Shown piece after piece: positions 34,804-44,741 of a stretch of DNA of 44,741 bases. The notes beneath the pieces are model-generated. The model ran no database searches and was not told the origin of the DNA. It saw only the letters and a program-made list of their open reading frames with translations. This stretch comes from Meiothermus sp. (GTDB taxonomy: Bacteria > Deinococcota > Deinococci > Deinococcales > Thermaceae), in assembly GCA_033762915.1 (NCBI GenBank), contig JANRLD010000076.1, positions 1 through 44,741 of the forward strand, read 5' to 3'. The position numbers were made by a program, and so were the translations under genes. Each line of letters begins with the position of its first letter. The first letter of the stretch is position 1.

Positions 34804-35874
34804 TTAGTACGGCAGCGGCCACGTTCTGAAGTAGTCGCGGATGCGGCCCCACAGGCCCACCAGGCCGCGGGGCTCCAGGATCAGGAACACCAGGATCAGC
34901 ACGCCGAAGGCCACGCTGCGCCAGGCCGAGAGCTGGGCCACGTATTGCGGCCCGAAGGCGCCCGCGATCACGCTCAGCATCTCGGGGATCAGGACCACGA
35001 AGACCGCGCCCAGCACCGCGCCCAGGATGGTCCCGGCCCCGCCCACGATCACAATGGCCAGGTACTGGATGCTGAAGGACAGCACGAAGTTTTCGGGCGT
35101 CACCGCCCCGATCAGGTGCATCAGGATTCCGCCCGCTATCCCCGCGTAGAAGGCCGAGAGCGCGAAGGCGGTCAGCTTGGAACGCACCAGGTCCACGCCC
35201 GAGAGCTGGGCCGAGAGGTCGTTGTCGCGCACCGCGAACCAGTTGCGCCCGGCCCGGCTCGAGAGCAACCGTTTGGCATAAAAGAACATCGGAATGGCGA
35301 ACACCAGACCGATGTAAAACACCACCCGGTCGTCGGTTAGGGGCAAACCCAAGAAGCTGTTGTCGGCGGGCAGGGTGCGCCCGCCCACCCCGCCCGAGAA
35401 GCCCTCCCAGCGCTTGAAGATGTAATCGGCCAGGAACTGGAAGGCCAGGGTCCCGATGGCCAGATACGCACCCTTGATGCGCAGGGCGGGAATGCCCAGC
35501 ATGATCCCGATGCCCGCCGCCACCAGGCCCCCGCACAGCACCCCCAGCGGCATCAGGTTGCCGGTGAGGTGGCTGCTCACATACGCCCCGATCCCCACGA
35601 AGGCCGCCTGTCCCAGCGAGATCTGTCCCGCGCCGCCCACCAGCAGGTGCAAGCCCAGACCTGCCAACGCGGCGATGAGCACCTGGGTCGCCACGAACAG
35701 CGGGTATTGCGGTAGCAGCAGCGGGAGAAGGATCAGCCCGACCAGCGCGATGCCCAGCCAGAGCCGGCCTAGCGCGGTCGAGGCGTAGGCTTCGTCTTGG
35801 CGGTAGTCCTCGCGTACCGTGCGCGAGTAGCGGCGGCTGAAGGCGTCGGTCAGGGAGCGAGAGAGGTTATACAT
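34804..35874 (-). CDS. Branched-chain amino acid-type ABC permease (LivM-like)
   Basis: GQISLGQAAF, YLAIGTLAF, AVRDND. Confidence 0.9.
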   Translation of the reverse strand: MYNLSRSLTDAFSRRYSRTVREDYRQDEAYASTALGRLWLGIALVGLILLPLLLPQYPLFVATQVLIAALAGLGLHLLVGGAGQISLGQAAFVGIGAYVSSHLTGNLMPLGVLCGGLVAAGIGIMLGIPALRIKGAYLAIGTLAFQFLADYIFKRWEGFSGGVGGRTLPADNSFLGLPLTDDRVVFYIGLVFAIPMFFYAKRLLSSRAGRNWFAVRDNDLSAQLSGVDLVRSKLTAFALSAFYAGIAGGILMHLIGAVTPENFVLSFSIQYLAIVIVGGAGTILGAVLGAVFVVLIPEMLSVIAGAFGPQYVAQLSAWRSVAFGVLILVFLILEPRGLVGLWGRIRDYFRTWPLPY

Positions 35875-36324
35875 GGGGGACTCCAGAGGGCGAGTGGGGG
35901 GGCAGGGGAGAGGGGGAGAGGGAGAGGGAAGACAAAGTCAAGGGCGACCCCCTGAAATTGCGGGGTCGGTTGCGGCTCGCCGCGTGCCCCAGCGCCTTGC
36001 GTCCCGCCCTGATGCGTTGCGTCCGTTGATTCGCCGGACCCACGCCGCCCGCTACACGCCTAAGGGGGGGCAGGTTTTCGCAACCATACCTTTCTTGCTC
36101 CCCCTTAGGCGACTGGTTTGCGCTGACAACATCCACACATTGATTGACTGCGGGCATCTGGGGGGGACGAGGCGGCCGCCAAAAGCTCAGGGGCATAGAG
36201 CCACCCCGCAACTCACCGGGGGGGTTAATCCTTCGAACTTGCCGTTGGCCGCTCACTCCACAACCTCTTATGCCTTGATCTTGCCCGGCGCGGCCACCGA
36301 CGCGCCCACGTTGGCCACCCCGAC

Positions 36325-38166
36325 CTAGGCCTCGAGCCGGCCCTCGCCCTCGAGGTACTTGATCGGCAGGCTGACCCGCACCTTGCTCGAGCCGTCGTAG
36401 AGCGCGGCAATCAGGGCCGCGTAGCGGGTCTCCACCGTCCCGCGCTTGACCTTGCGGGTGCGGGTAATTTCCTCGTCGTCGGCGTGCAGTTCCTTGGGCA
36501 GTACCGCGAAGCGGCGAATCTTCAGCTCCTCAGGGAGGCTCTCGCAGGCCATCTCGATCTCTTTGGCGATGAGGTCGTAGACGGCCGGGTTGGAGGTGAG
36601 GCTCTGGTAGGTCGAGAAGATGATGCCGCGCTTGCGCGCCCAGTTCTGGGTGTTCTCGGGGTCGAGCTCGATCAGGGCGGTCACGTAGGGGTGGGTGTGG
36701 CCGATGACGACGGCCTCGCGGATGTAGGGAGAGAACTTGATGCGGTTCTCGAGGAACTGCGGCGCGAAGCGGGTGCCGTCGGCCAGCGCGCCCACTTCCT
36801 TAAGGCGGCCCAGCAGCACCAGGTGGCCGTTCTCGTTGAAGAAGCCCGCGTCGCCGGTGCGGAACCAGCCGTCGGGGGTGAAGGTCTCTGCTGTGGCCTT
36901 CTCGTTCTTGAAGTAGCCGGTGAAGACCTGAGCGCCCTTAACCTGGATCTCGCCGTCCTCGGCGATGCGAACCTGGGTGCCCCGCAGCGGCTTGCCCACC
37001 GTCTCGGGCGGGGTGTCGCCCGACAGATGGCCTACGCTGGTGGCGGCAGTCTCGGACTGGCCGTAAACCTGACGGATGTCTACCCCCAGGGCGCGGAAGA
37101 AGGTGAAGACCTCGGGGCCTAGCGGGGCCCCGCCTGTCGCGGCGATCTTGCAGGCGGCGAGCCCGGCTCGAGCCCGGATCGGCCGCGCCACGATGGGGTA
37201 GGCGAGGGCGCGAGCGATGTTCAGCCCGAGGCCCACCGGCTCGCGGCGGAACTCGTGCTGGGCTGCCTGGGTCAGCACCCCGATCCCCCACCGGTAGACG
37301 GCCTTCTTGAAGCCGTCCGCGTCCTCCATACGGCTGCGAATCACGGCGGCGGTGTCCTCCCAGAGGCGGGCGGGGGCCAGGTAGAAGTCGGGCTGAACCT
37401 CTTTCACGTCCTCGCGCACCGTGATGGCGCTCTCGGGGAAGTGCATCACGGTGGCGTCGGTCAGGCCGCGCACCACGGTCAGCATCTGCTCACCGATCCA
37501 CGGCAGCGGCAGGTAGGAGAAGACCCACTCGCCACCCCGAATCTCAATCGAGTCCTTGCCCGCCTCGGCCCCCGCGATCAGCTGGGCGTGGGTGAGCATG
37601 GCCAGCTTGCTGCGGGCGGTGGTGCCCGAGGTGGGGGCGAAGAGGGCCACTGTATCGGTCGTGACCTTGGACCTGGCGGCCTCGACGGCTTGAAGGTTGG
37701 TGCGGCCCAGCTCGAGCGCACTGCTGAAGGGACGCACCTTCTCGCCCCAGTACTTGCTCATCCCCGCCTCTTCCCAGACCAGCACGAAGCCAAGCTTGTC
37801 GAGGTGGGGCAGCACCTTGTCGAGCTGCTCCTCGTCGGAGACCACGATGCCCGCGCAGCCGGAAAACTCGAGGAAGTAGGCCACCTCCTCCGGCATTGCG
37901 TCGGCGTAGATGCCCATCGGCATGGCGCCCAGGGTCTGCGCGGCCAACTCTGACATCACCCACTCCGGCGCATTCTGCCCCAGGATCGCCAGCACGCCGC
38001 CGGGCTCGAGCCCCAGCTTATGCAGCCCGCCCGCCAGCAGCTCGACCCGCTCCTTGAGTGCCCCCCAGGGTGTGGTCTCCCAGACCCCCAGGCGCTTGAC
38101 GCGCAAGGCGGGTGCATTGGGCTGGGTGCGGGCGTGGTGCTCGAGGAAGGCGATCAGTGTGTTCAT
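36325..38166 (-). CDS. Long-chain acyl-CoA synthetase (AMP-binding)
   Basis: TSGTT, YGQSE, GWFRTGD; possible premature TAG near the C-terminus. Confidence 0.88.
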   Translation of the reverse strand: MNTLIAFLEHHARTQPNAPALRVKRLGVWETTPWGALKERVELLAGGLHKLGLEPGGVLAILGQNAPEWVMSELAAQTLGAMPMGIYADAMPEEVAYFLEFSGCAGIVVSDEEQLDKVLPHLDKLGFVLVWEEAGMSKYWGEKVRPFSSALELGRTNLQAVEAARSKVTTDTVALFAPTSGTTARSKLAMLTHAQLIAGAEAGKDSIEIRGGEWVFSYLPLPWIGEQMLTVVRGLTDATVMHFPESAITVREDVKEVQPDFYLAPARLWEDTAAVIRSRMEDADGFKKAVYRWGIGVLTQAAQHEFRREPVGLGLNIARALAYPIVARPIRARAGLAACKIAATGGAPLGPEVFTFFRALGVDIRQVYGQSETAATSVGHLSGDTPPETVGKPLRGTQVRIAEDGEIQVKGAQVFTGYFKNEKATAETFTPDGWFRTGDAGFFNENGHLVLLGRLKEVGALADGTRFAPQFLENRIKFSPYIREAVVIGHTHPYVTALIELDPENTQNWARKRGIIFSTYQSLTSNPAVYDLIAKEIEMACESLPEELKIRRFAVLPKELHADDEEITRTRKVKRGTVETRYAALIAALYDGSSKVRVSLPIKYLEGEGRLEA

Positions 38167-38918
38167 GCCGACCTCCCCAGATACGCCTCGGCCACGCGCT
38201 GGTTCTCCCGCACGCCGGAGGGGTGGCCCTGATAGAGCACCTCGCCGTAGCTCATCACCAGCACGCCGGTGGAGAGTTCCAAGACCGCCTTCAGATCGTG
38301 CTCGACCAGCACCAGGGTGGTATTCCATTCGCGCCGGGCGTCCAGCAGGAAGCGGGCCAGGTCTTGCTTTTCCTCGAGGCTAAGCCCCGCCATCGGCTCG
38401 TCGAGCAGCAGCAGTTTGGGGCGACCCGCCAGGGCCCTGGCCACCTCCACCCGTTTCTGCAAGCCGTAGGGCAGCGCCCCGGCGGGCACGCTGCGGTAGG
38501 GCGAGAGGTGCAGGTAGTCCAGCACCTCCTCGGCGTGGCGGCGGATCTTGTATTCAACAGGCGCTTGCGGCAGCAGGTCGGTGTAGCCGCCCACCGCCAG
38601 CTCCGCGCCCAGCTTGACGTTCTCCAGCACGGTCATGCCGCGGAACAGCTCGAGGTTCTGGAACGTCCGCCCCAGGCCCTTGCGCACCCGCTGCTGCGGG
38701 GTCTGGCCCTTGAGGTCTTCGCCCAGAAACTGGACCGTCCCCTGCTGCGCCTTGTACAGGCCCGAGAGCACGTTCAGCAGACTGGTCTTGCCCGCCCCGT
38801 TCGGCCCGATCACTGCGAACAGGTCGCCCTCCGAAACCGTAAAACTGATCCCCACCAGCGCCTTGACCCCGCGAAAGGAGAGGTGAAGGTCGGTGGCCTC
38901 GAGTAGTAGTTTAGACAT
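38163..38918 (-). CDS. ABC ATP-binding protein (LivG-like)
   Basis: GPNGAGKT, RTFQN, LPYG, LLLDEP. Confidence 0.9.
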   Translation of the reverse strand: MSKLLLEATDLHLSFRGVKALVGISFTVSEGDLFAVIGPNGAGKTSLLNVLSGLYKAQQGTVQFLGEDLKGQTPQQRVRKGLGRTFQNLELFRGMTVLENVKLGAELAVGGYTDLLPQAPVEYKIRRHAEEVLDYLHLSPYRSVPAGALPYGLQKRVEVARALAGRPKLLLLDEPMAGLSLEEKQDLARFLLDARREWNTTLVLVEHDLKAVLELSTGVLVMSYGEVLYQGHPSGVRENQRVAEAYLGRSA

Positions 38919-39011
38919 GGGCGACCTCGCTGCGTGAAGAGGGAAGAGGGAGCAGGAAAGAGGCAAGGCCACTGGCCCCCCTCCTCCCTCTTCCCGCTCT
39001 CCCTCTGAAAC

Positions 39012-39839
39012 TCATACCCACCGCTTCCTCCTCCGGTACCGCTTGGCCTCGCTGAACCCCCCCGACGCTCCGCCCCCCAGGTAGAACTCCATCACGTCGG
39101 CGTCGCCCTGGGCCTGGGCCGCGCTGCCCTCGAAGACCACCCGGCCCTGCTCCATCACATAGACCCGCTCGACGATCCCGAAGGCGGCCCTGGCGTTCTG
39201 CTCGACCAGCACCAGGGTCAGGCCCTTGTCGCGGCGCAGATCGTCGAGGACGCGCATCACCTCCTCGGTTAGCTTGGGCGAGAGGCCCAGGCTGGGCTCG
39301 TCGACCACCAGGATTTTGGGCTCGGTGAGGAGGGCCATGCCCAGCAGGAGCATCTGCTGCTCGCCGCCCGAGAGGTAGCCGCTCTGCTCAAAGCGACGCT
39401 CGTGGATGCGGGGGAAGCGGGTGAAGATTTCGTCGGTGATCTCCTTCTGGCGCTGGGCGCTGAGCTTGTGCGCGGCGGCCCGGAGGTTCTCGAGCACGGT
39501 CAGGTAGCGGAAGATGGGGCGGCCCTCGAGGATCGCGGTCAGGCCCAGCCCCGCCACCTTGAGGGCGGGGGCGTGGCTGGTGTCCTGGCCGGCGACCGAA
39601 ATCTTGCCGTCCATCACCCGGCCGTCGTACTGCGGCAGCAGCCCGGCCAGGGAGCGCACCAGGGTGCTCTTGCCCGCCCCGTTCGGCCCCAGCAGTGCCA
39701 CCGCCTCGCCCACCCCGGCCCGCAGGCTCACCCCCTGCAAGGCCAGGATCACCCCCCGGTAGACCACCTTGAGGTTCTCCACGTTGAGCATCGCCGCCGG
39801 GGGCGCGGCGGATGGGGTTTGGGGTTTGGGTTCAGTCAT
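39012..39839 (-). CDS. ABC ATP-binding protein (LivF-like)
   Basis: GPNGAGKST, LSGGEQQM, DEPSLGL. Confidence 0.9.
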   Translation of the reverse strand: MTEPKPQTPSAAPPAAMLNVENLKVVYRGVILALQGVSLRAGVGEAVALLGPNGAGKSTLVRSLAGLLPQYDGRVMDGKISVAGQDTSHAPALKVAGLGLTAILEGRPIFRYLTVLENLRAAAHKLSAQRQKEITDEIFTRFPRIHERRFEQSGYLSGGEQQMLLLGMALLTEPKILVVDEPSLGLSPKLTEEVMRVLDDLRRDKGLTLVLVEQNARAAFGIVERVYVMEQGRVVFEGSAAQAQGDADVMEFYLGGGASGGFSEAKRYRRRKRWV

Positions 39840-39935
39840 AAGTGAAGTGGAAAGAGGAAAGTGGAAAGATGGAAGGAAAACCAAGAAGCCCTTGACTTCA
39901 CTTCTCTCTTTCCCCTTTCCCCTTTGCTCGCCTTT

Positions 39936-40850
39936 CTAGACTCTTTCAATCCGGTGTTGCCCGAACAGCCCGTAGGGCCGGAACAACAGAACCAGCAGCA
40001 CGATCAGGAAGGGGATGGCTTGGGTGATGCCGGGGAGGACGGACTCGAGGAATATCTGGGAGCTGGCCTCGATAACCCCGATGATCAGGCCCGCCACGAC
40101 CGCCCCCGGCACCGAGTCGAAGCCGCCCAGAATCGCCACTGGGAAGACGATCAGGCCCAGCAAGATCAAGTGGTGCCCCGGCCCGCCGCCGCCGGCCGCG
40201 CCGGCCAGGAAGGCTCCCACTATCGCGGCCATCATGGCCGAGATGCCCCAGGCGATGGCGACCACCCTGGGGGCGTTGATACCCAAGGCCAGCGCCGAGG
40301 TCTCGCTCTCCGATACCGCCCGCAGCAGGATGCCGTAGCGGGTGTAGCGGAGCATGGCGATCAGCGCGAAGGCCAGCGGCAGGGCCAGGATCAGGCTCCA
40401 CACCGCCTTGGAGCTCAGGAAGACCTGGCCGATGTTGAAGGCCAAGTTGGGCAGCTCCTTAGGGAGCTGCGACACGTCCGCCGCCCCCATCGCCTTCTGG
40501 TCCGGGCCCCACAGAATCAACGCGGTGCCGTCCAGCGTGGCGGCTAGCCCGATGGTGGCCATGATCACCGCCACCACGTTGCGCCCCAGCAGGGGCCGCA
40601 CGAAGCCGCGCTCGATGATCACTCCGAACACGAAAGCGACGGGCAGGGCAACCAACACCGCCCATAGCAGCGGCATCCACAGCGAGAGGGTGTAGGTGAA
40701 GTAGGCGCCAAATAGCAGGAACTCGCTAATGGCGAAGTTGGTCACGCTGGTGGCACGGTATACCAGCACGAACCCCGCCGCGATAACCGCGTAGAGGGCG
40801 CCGTTGGCGAGCCCATTTAAGAGCGACTGGACGACTAGAGCAAAATCCAT
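39936..40850 (-). CDS. ABC permease (LivH-like)
   Basis: NGLANGALYA, ILGG, RPYGLFG. Confidence 0.9.
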   Translation of the reverse strand: MDFALVVQSLLNGLANGALYAVIAAGFVLVYRATSVTNFAISEFLLFGAYFTYTLSLWMPLLWAVLVALPVAFVFGVIIERGFVRPLLGRNVVAVIMATIGLAATLDGTALILWGPDQKAMGAADVSQLPKELPNLAFNIGQVFLSSKAVWSLILALPLAFALIAMLRYTRYGILLRAVSESETSALALGINAPRVVAIAWGISAMMAAIVGAFLAGAAGGGGPGHHLILLGLIVFPVAILGGFDSVPGAVVAGLIIGVIEASSQIFLESVLPGITQAIPFLIVLLVLLFRPYGLFGQHRIERV

Positions 40851-40949
40851 TGTGTTCCTGATACGAAAGGAGAAAAGAGGAAAGAGAAGGGAGGGAGAAG
40901 AAACCGACAGGGTTTTGCCTTCCCTTTCCTCCCCCCTCTTTCCTCGAGG

Positions 40950-42143
40950 TTAGGCTTTAGAGCCGTCAATCCAGTCGGTCAGGGCGTCGAAGCGCCCGTC
41001 GGCCACGTTGGCGCGGTAGAGCTTGGTGAACGGGAGGCGGCGATCCACCCAGCGCAGATTGCGGGCTTGGCCGCCGGCGTTGTAGTCGCCCAGGCCGTCG
41101 AGGGCCCGGATCATGCCGGGGCGGGTGAGCTGGCCTGCCGCCGACGCACGGCGCATGGCCTCGGCGATGATGTCCATGGCGGCCCAGGTGCCCATGTAGT
41201 AGGTCGTGCGGTAGGAGAGGTCACGGCCCTTGGCACGGCGCAGGGCGCGGATCTGCTCCACAGCGGGCACCAGGGTGTCGTAGTAGTAAGCGTTGTGGTA
41301 GGCCACCACGAAGCCGTTGGAGGCGGCCCCGGCGCGCTGCATCAGGGCCAGCTCGGCGGAGTAGTAGGTGCCCATGAAGGTCGAGCGCACACCCTGTTCG
41401 CGGGCTGCCCGAACCAGCAAGGGTTCGACGGTCAGCACATAGCCGTGGGCGATCACGAAGTCGGGGTTGGCCTGGCGGATCTTGGCTACGATGGGGCTGG
41501 CGTCGGCGATGGCCAGCGGGGTGACCTCCTCGCCCACGATCTGGAAACCCCGCCGGGCGGCCTGGGCCTTGGCGAAGGCGATGGGGTCGCGCCCGAATTC
41601 GGAGTTGGAGTAGCAGAGGAAGATTTTGGCCCCGCGTCCGCGCTGGCGCTGGATCTGCGAGAACAGCGCGCCCATCATGTCGTTGTAGGTGGGGCCGAAG
41701 ACATAGATGGTGGGGTAGGTTTTGGGGTCGGCCAGCTCGTTGGAGAAGGAGGTGGCAGTGTAGGGCAGCTCGAGGCGGGTAATCTCGGGCGCGATGGCCT
41801 TGGAAAGCCCGGTGGAGTTGCCGTACATAAAGACCAGCTCGTCGGCGCTTTCGCGCTGCACGATGCGGTTGAAGGCCGCCGTACCACGGGCCACGTCGTA
41901 ACCGTCGTCCTCCACGATCAGTTCGAAACGCCGTCCACCAATGCCGCCACCATCGTTGATGCGGTCGGTGGCATCGCGCATGGCATCCAAAGCCGCGTTG
42001 CCTGCGAAGGCGAAGGCCCCAGTGAGCGGCAAAATTGCAGCAAACTTGATGGGGCGAGATTGGGCCTTGGCGATCATCCAGGGGCTGTAGACGGTAGAAG
42101 CGGCCAGACCGGCCTTCAGGATTTGTCGACGGTTCACGTTCAT
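40950..42143 (-). CDS. ABC substrate-binding protein (LivK-like), Tat-like signal
   Basis: NRRQILK; PLTG; INDGGGIGGR. Confidence 0.88.
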   Translation of the reverse strand: MNVNRRQILKAGLAASTVYSPWMIAKAQSRPIKFAAILPLTGAFAFAGNAALDAMRDATDRINDGGGIGGRRFELIVEDDGYDVARGTAAFNRIVQRESADELVFMYGNSTGLSKAIAPEITRLELPYTATSFSNELADPKTYPTIYVFGPTYNDMMGALFSQIQRQRGRGAKIFLCYSNSEFGRDPIAFAKAQAARRGFQIVGEEVTPLAIADASPIVAKIRQANPDFVIAHGYVLTVEPLLVRAAREQGVRSTFMGTYYSAELALMQRAGAASNGFVVAYHNAYYYDTLVPAVEQIRALRRAKGRDLSYRTTYYMGTWAAMDIIAEAMRRASAAGQLTRPGMIRALDGLGDYNAGGQARNLRWVDRRLPFTKLYRANVADGRFDALTDWIDGSKA

Positions 42144-42314
42144 GAGTCTCCTCCAACCACATGGGGGTGCCACCACCACCTGACTGTGTTGTGTCACAAG
42201 AATACAGGATTCAAACCGTTTGTCTATGTGGTCTGAAACGAGATTGGGTGCGGTTAATCATGTGCAGGACTTGCGGCAACCGGAAAAATCCTGGTCGGCG
42301 GCCCCGTCTGTTGC

Positions 42315-43361
42315 TTAGGGGTGTCGGCTCAGGTACGCCTCGAGCCCCTCCGCCTTGAGCTGCCACGAAGCATTGGCCCGGTGCGGCCTGAAGCCCAGCT
42401 CGTAGTTGATCTTGAGCATGGGGGCATTGGAGTCGGCGTTGCCGGTCTTAATCTTCTTGGCCTCAGGCAGCTCGGAGAGGATGCGCTCGAGCATCGCCGC
42501 CTTAAGCCACCGGCCCAGCCCATGGCCCCGGAACTCCGGGAAGACCCCGGTGCCCTGCTGGTAGAGCAGGTGGGGACGGCGGGGCGACCAGTAGATCTCG
42601 GTGTAGCCCGCGAAGCGCCCGCTGTCGCGCTCGCGCACGTAGGCCGTCCAGGTTTTGTTGCCCCTGGCCTCGGTGGCCCGCTCCCACTGCCGCAGCATGG
42701 CGGGGGTGATGCGGCGGTCTTCGATCTCGAGGTCGCCCTTGGGGGCGGTATTCATCACTTCGAGCAACTCGCAGATGGTCTCCAGTTCCGCCTCGGGCAA
42801 TGCCCCGTCCCAGAATCCCAGCTCGAAGCCGTCCCTGGGCGCGTTGGCCAGCCAGTTCTTCATCAGGTCGTGGTTCAGCTCCGAGAGCAAAAGCTGGTTC
42901 TCGTGGCCCACTAGGGCCTTGTGTGCGCCCAGCCGGGTCAGGAAGGCCTCGCCGGAGGGGATGTGTTCCTCGCTCCAGGAGTGCAGGGTGTGGCGTCCGG
43001 TCTGGCGGGACAGCTCGAGCAGATGGGGCAGCAGCATCCTGGCCAGCCCGCGCCCCCGGTATTCCGGCCGCACATACGCGAAAAAATCCAGCAGGTGCAG
43101 GTTGTCCTGCGACTCGCCGTTGTAGCCGGACTGGAGCTGGGCCGCCACCCGGTTACCGTCCCAGGCCAGCCAGCGGTGCGGGCGGTGCATGGGGGGAACG
43201 TTGTGCCACTCGCTCAGCACCTCCTCAAAGCTGTGCGGCGGCTCGTCGGGCTCGAACTCCTGGTTGGCCTCCCGCACCAGGTCGTAGATGGCCCGGTACT
43301 CGGCCTCGCTGGCGGCGCGGATGTTCACCTGGGTAATGCGGAAGGCCGAGCTCTCGGGCAT
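42315..43361 (-). CDS. Tandem GNAT acetyltransferase
   Basis: Two RG(R/H)GL motifs; NAPMLKIN. Confidence 0.88.
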   Translation of the reverse strand: MPESSAFRITQVNIRAASEAEYRAIYDLVREANQEFEPDEPPHSFEEVLSEWHNVPPMHRPHRWLAWDGNRVAAQLQSGYNGESQDNLHLLDFFAYVRPEYRGRGLARMLLPHLLELSRQTGRHTLHSWSEEHIPSGEAFLTRLGAHKALVGHENQLLLSELNHDLMKNWLANAPRDGFELGFWDGALPEAELETICELLEVMNTAPKGDLEIEDRRITPAMLRQWERATEARGNKTWTAYVRERDSGRFAGYTEIYWSPRRPHLLYQQGTGVFPEFRGHGLGRWLKAAMLERILSELPEAKKIKTGNADSNAPMLKINYELGFRPHRANASWQLKAEGLEAYLSRHP

Positions 43362-43697
43362 AGAGCCTGAGTGTACTCCAGGGGTGCGGGGCGGTTGACC
43401 GAAGGTCAAGGGCGAAAGCCGGAAGGTTGGAACCCCCGTGTCGCCGCGCACTGGTTCGAGGCTCTTCTGCCCAACCCTGATCGCCCAGAGGGGGCCTTAA
43501 AGTGCCCTGCGGTTGATTCGCCGGTGTTGGAGCGTAGGAGCCCCCTTCGGGCCGGTCGGCTTGTGTCTCAAGGCCGGTCGGCGCGGCGACAGCAGTCAAG
43601 GGGGCGGGGCCAAAGCGTCGGGGGTGCTGGGTTTAAAGTTCCGCGCCTGTAGCCGCGATTCTCCTGCGCTTCACACAAATCGGCTACAATCGGACTT

Positions 43698-44741
43698 ATG
43701 CTCGAGACCGCCCTGCTACCCCACCGGGAGTTTTTACAGGCCAACCTGCCAAACCAGAAGCTGTTCCTGGCCCTCAAGGTGCGCCCCGCCCAGGAGGCGT
43801 TGGGGGCGCGACCGCAGCTGTCGGTGGCCTTCGTGGTAGACACCTCGGGCTCGATGCGGGAGGTGGTGACCGAGCCCAGCGAGTACACCGGCCAGAGCGT
43901 GCGGGTGGACGGCAAGGACTATGAGGTGGTCAAAGGGGCCAAGTCCAAGATGGATCTGGTGGTGGAGGCGCTGCAAAACCTGCTCAATAGCCCCCAGCTC
44001 CAGCCCGGCGACCGCCTCTCCTTGATCCAGTTCGACGACCGGGCCTCGGTGGTGCAGCCCTTCACCGACGCCTCCGAGCGCGCACGGCTGGTGGCGGCGG
44101 CGGAACGCCTGACGCAGTACTCCGGCGGCACCCACATGGGCGCAGGGATGCAGGTCGGCTACAAGGAGCTGATGAAGGAGTCGGGCAGCCGTCGGATGTG
44201 GGTGCTGACCGACGGCCTGGCCTTCGACGAGAACCTGATCGAGTCCACCACCGACCAGCTAGCCCAGGAGCGCATCCCAGTGACGACGATCGGGGTGGGC
44301 GACGAGTGGAACGTGGACCTGCTCACCGAGATCACCGACAAGACCCAGGGCAAGCCTTTTCACGTGGTTCCCGACACCCAGAACCCCCAGCCCCCCAGCC
44401 TCAAGGCCACCGACCTGCCCCAGGCCATATTGGGCGAGCTTCAGCAGGCCAGCCTCGAGGTCGTGACCAACATCGGGATGGCCGTCAAGACGGTCAAGGA
44501 CGTGACCTTGGAGCGCGTCACCCGCGTTTATCCCACCCAGACCGAGGTCGACCTAAAGGCGCTGCCGCACCCGCTGGGCAACGCCGCCAAAGGCGCCTGG
44601 ACGGTGTTCATCCTCGAGTTCACCCTCCCGGGGGGGCGCCCCCCCCCCCCCCCGCCCCGCCCCGCAGCCGCGCACCGAACAGGACCACGCCCGCGCGCGG
44701 CCCGGCCGCGAAGACCCCACCAGCCACCCCGGGGGGGGAGC
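43698..44741 (+). CDS. vWA domain protein (partial; probably leaderless)
   Basis: MLETALLPHREFL...VVDTSGSM...LTDG; TACAAT 7 nt before the ATG; sequence degrades after about 44630. Confidence 0.8.
   Translation, partial: MLETALLPHREFLQANLPNQKLFLALKVRPAQEALGARPQLSVAFVVDTSGSMREVVTEPSEYTGQSVRVDGKDYEVVKGAKSKMDLVVEALQNLLNSPQLQPGDRLSLIQFDDRASVVQPFTDASERARLVAAAERLTQYSGGTHMGAGMQVGYKELMKESGSRRMWVLTDGLAFDENLIESTTDQLAQERIPVTTIGVGDEWNVDLLTEITDKTQGKPFHVVPDTQNPQPPSLKATDLPQAILGELQQASLEVVTNIGMAVKTVKDVTLERVTRVYPTQTEVDLKALPHPLGNAAKGAWTVFILEFTLPGGRPPPPPPRPAAAHRTGPRPRAARPRRPHQPPRGGS

Noticed and set aside
44628..44741. Poly-C/G tract as repeat or G-quadruplex
   Set aside because: Abrupt loss of coding pattern at the window end; likely low-quality contig terminus

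Overview
High-GC bacterial chromosomal window; gene style and very frequent CTCGAG suggest Deinococcota (Meiothermus/Calidithermus-like), which is an inference. In order: pstSCAB with a Pho-box-like repeat; several housekeeping enzymes; a repeat-flanked RpiR-regulated ABC uptake/catabolic cassette (7.5-16 kb); a 7-kb + strand RNA locus (16.33-23.50 kb); an Lpt-like envelope cluster; a Liv-type ABC operon with an acyl-CoA ligase; and a partial vWA gene at a low-quality end. The RNA locus has an operator-overlapped promoter, 37 tRNA genes that I folded by eye and that cover all 20 amino acids, several non-tRNA structured RNAs, an HNH endonuclease, a DUF2828 (TROVE/Ro60-like + vWA) protein and a terminator. 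The main candidate new system is a 'stem + 2 nt + ACAGC(A/G)A' RNA module. It recurs as free hairpins beside the DUF2828 gene, as a circularly permuted tRNA-like RNA, and grafted into CCA-ended tRNA bodies in the array. This suggests a Ro60/Y-RNA-like ribonucleoprotein system linked to a backup tRNA operon; that function is inferred, not shown.
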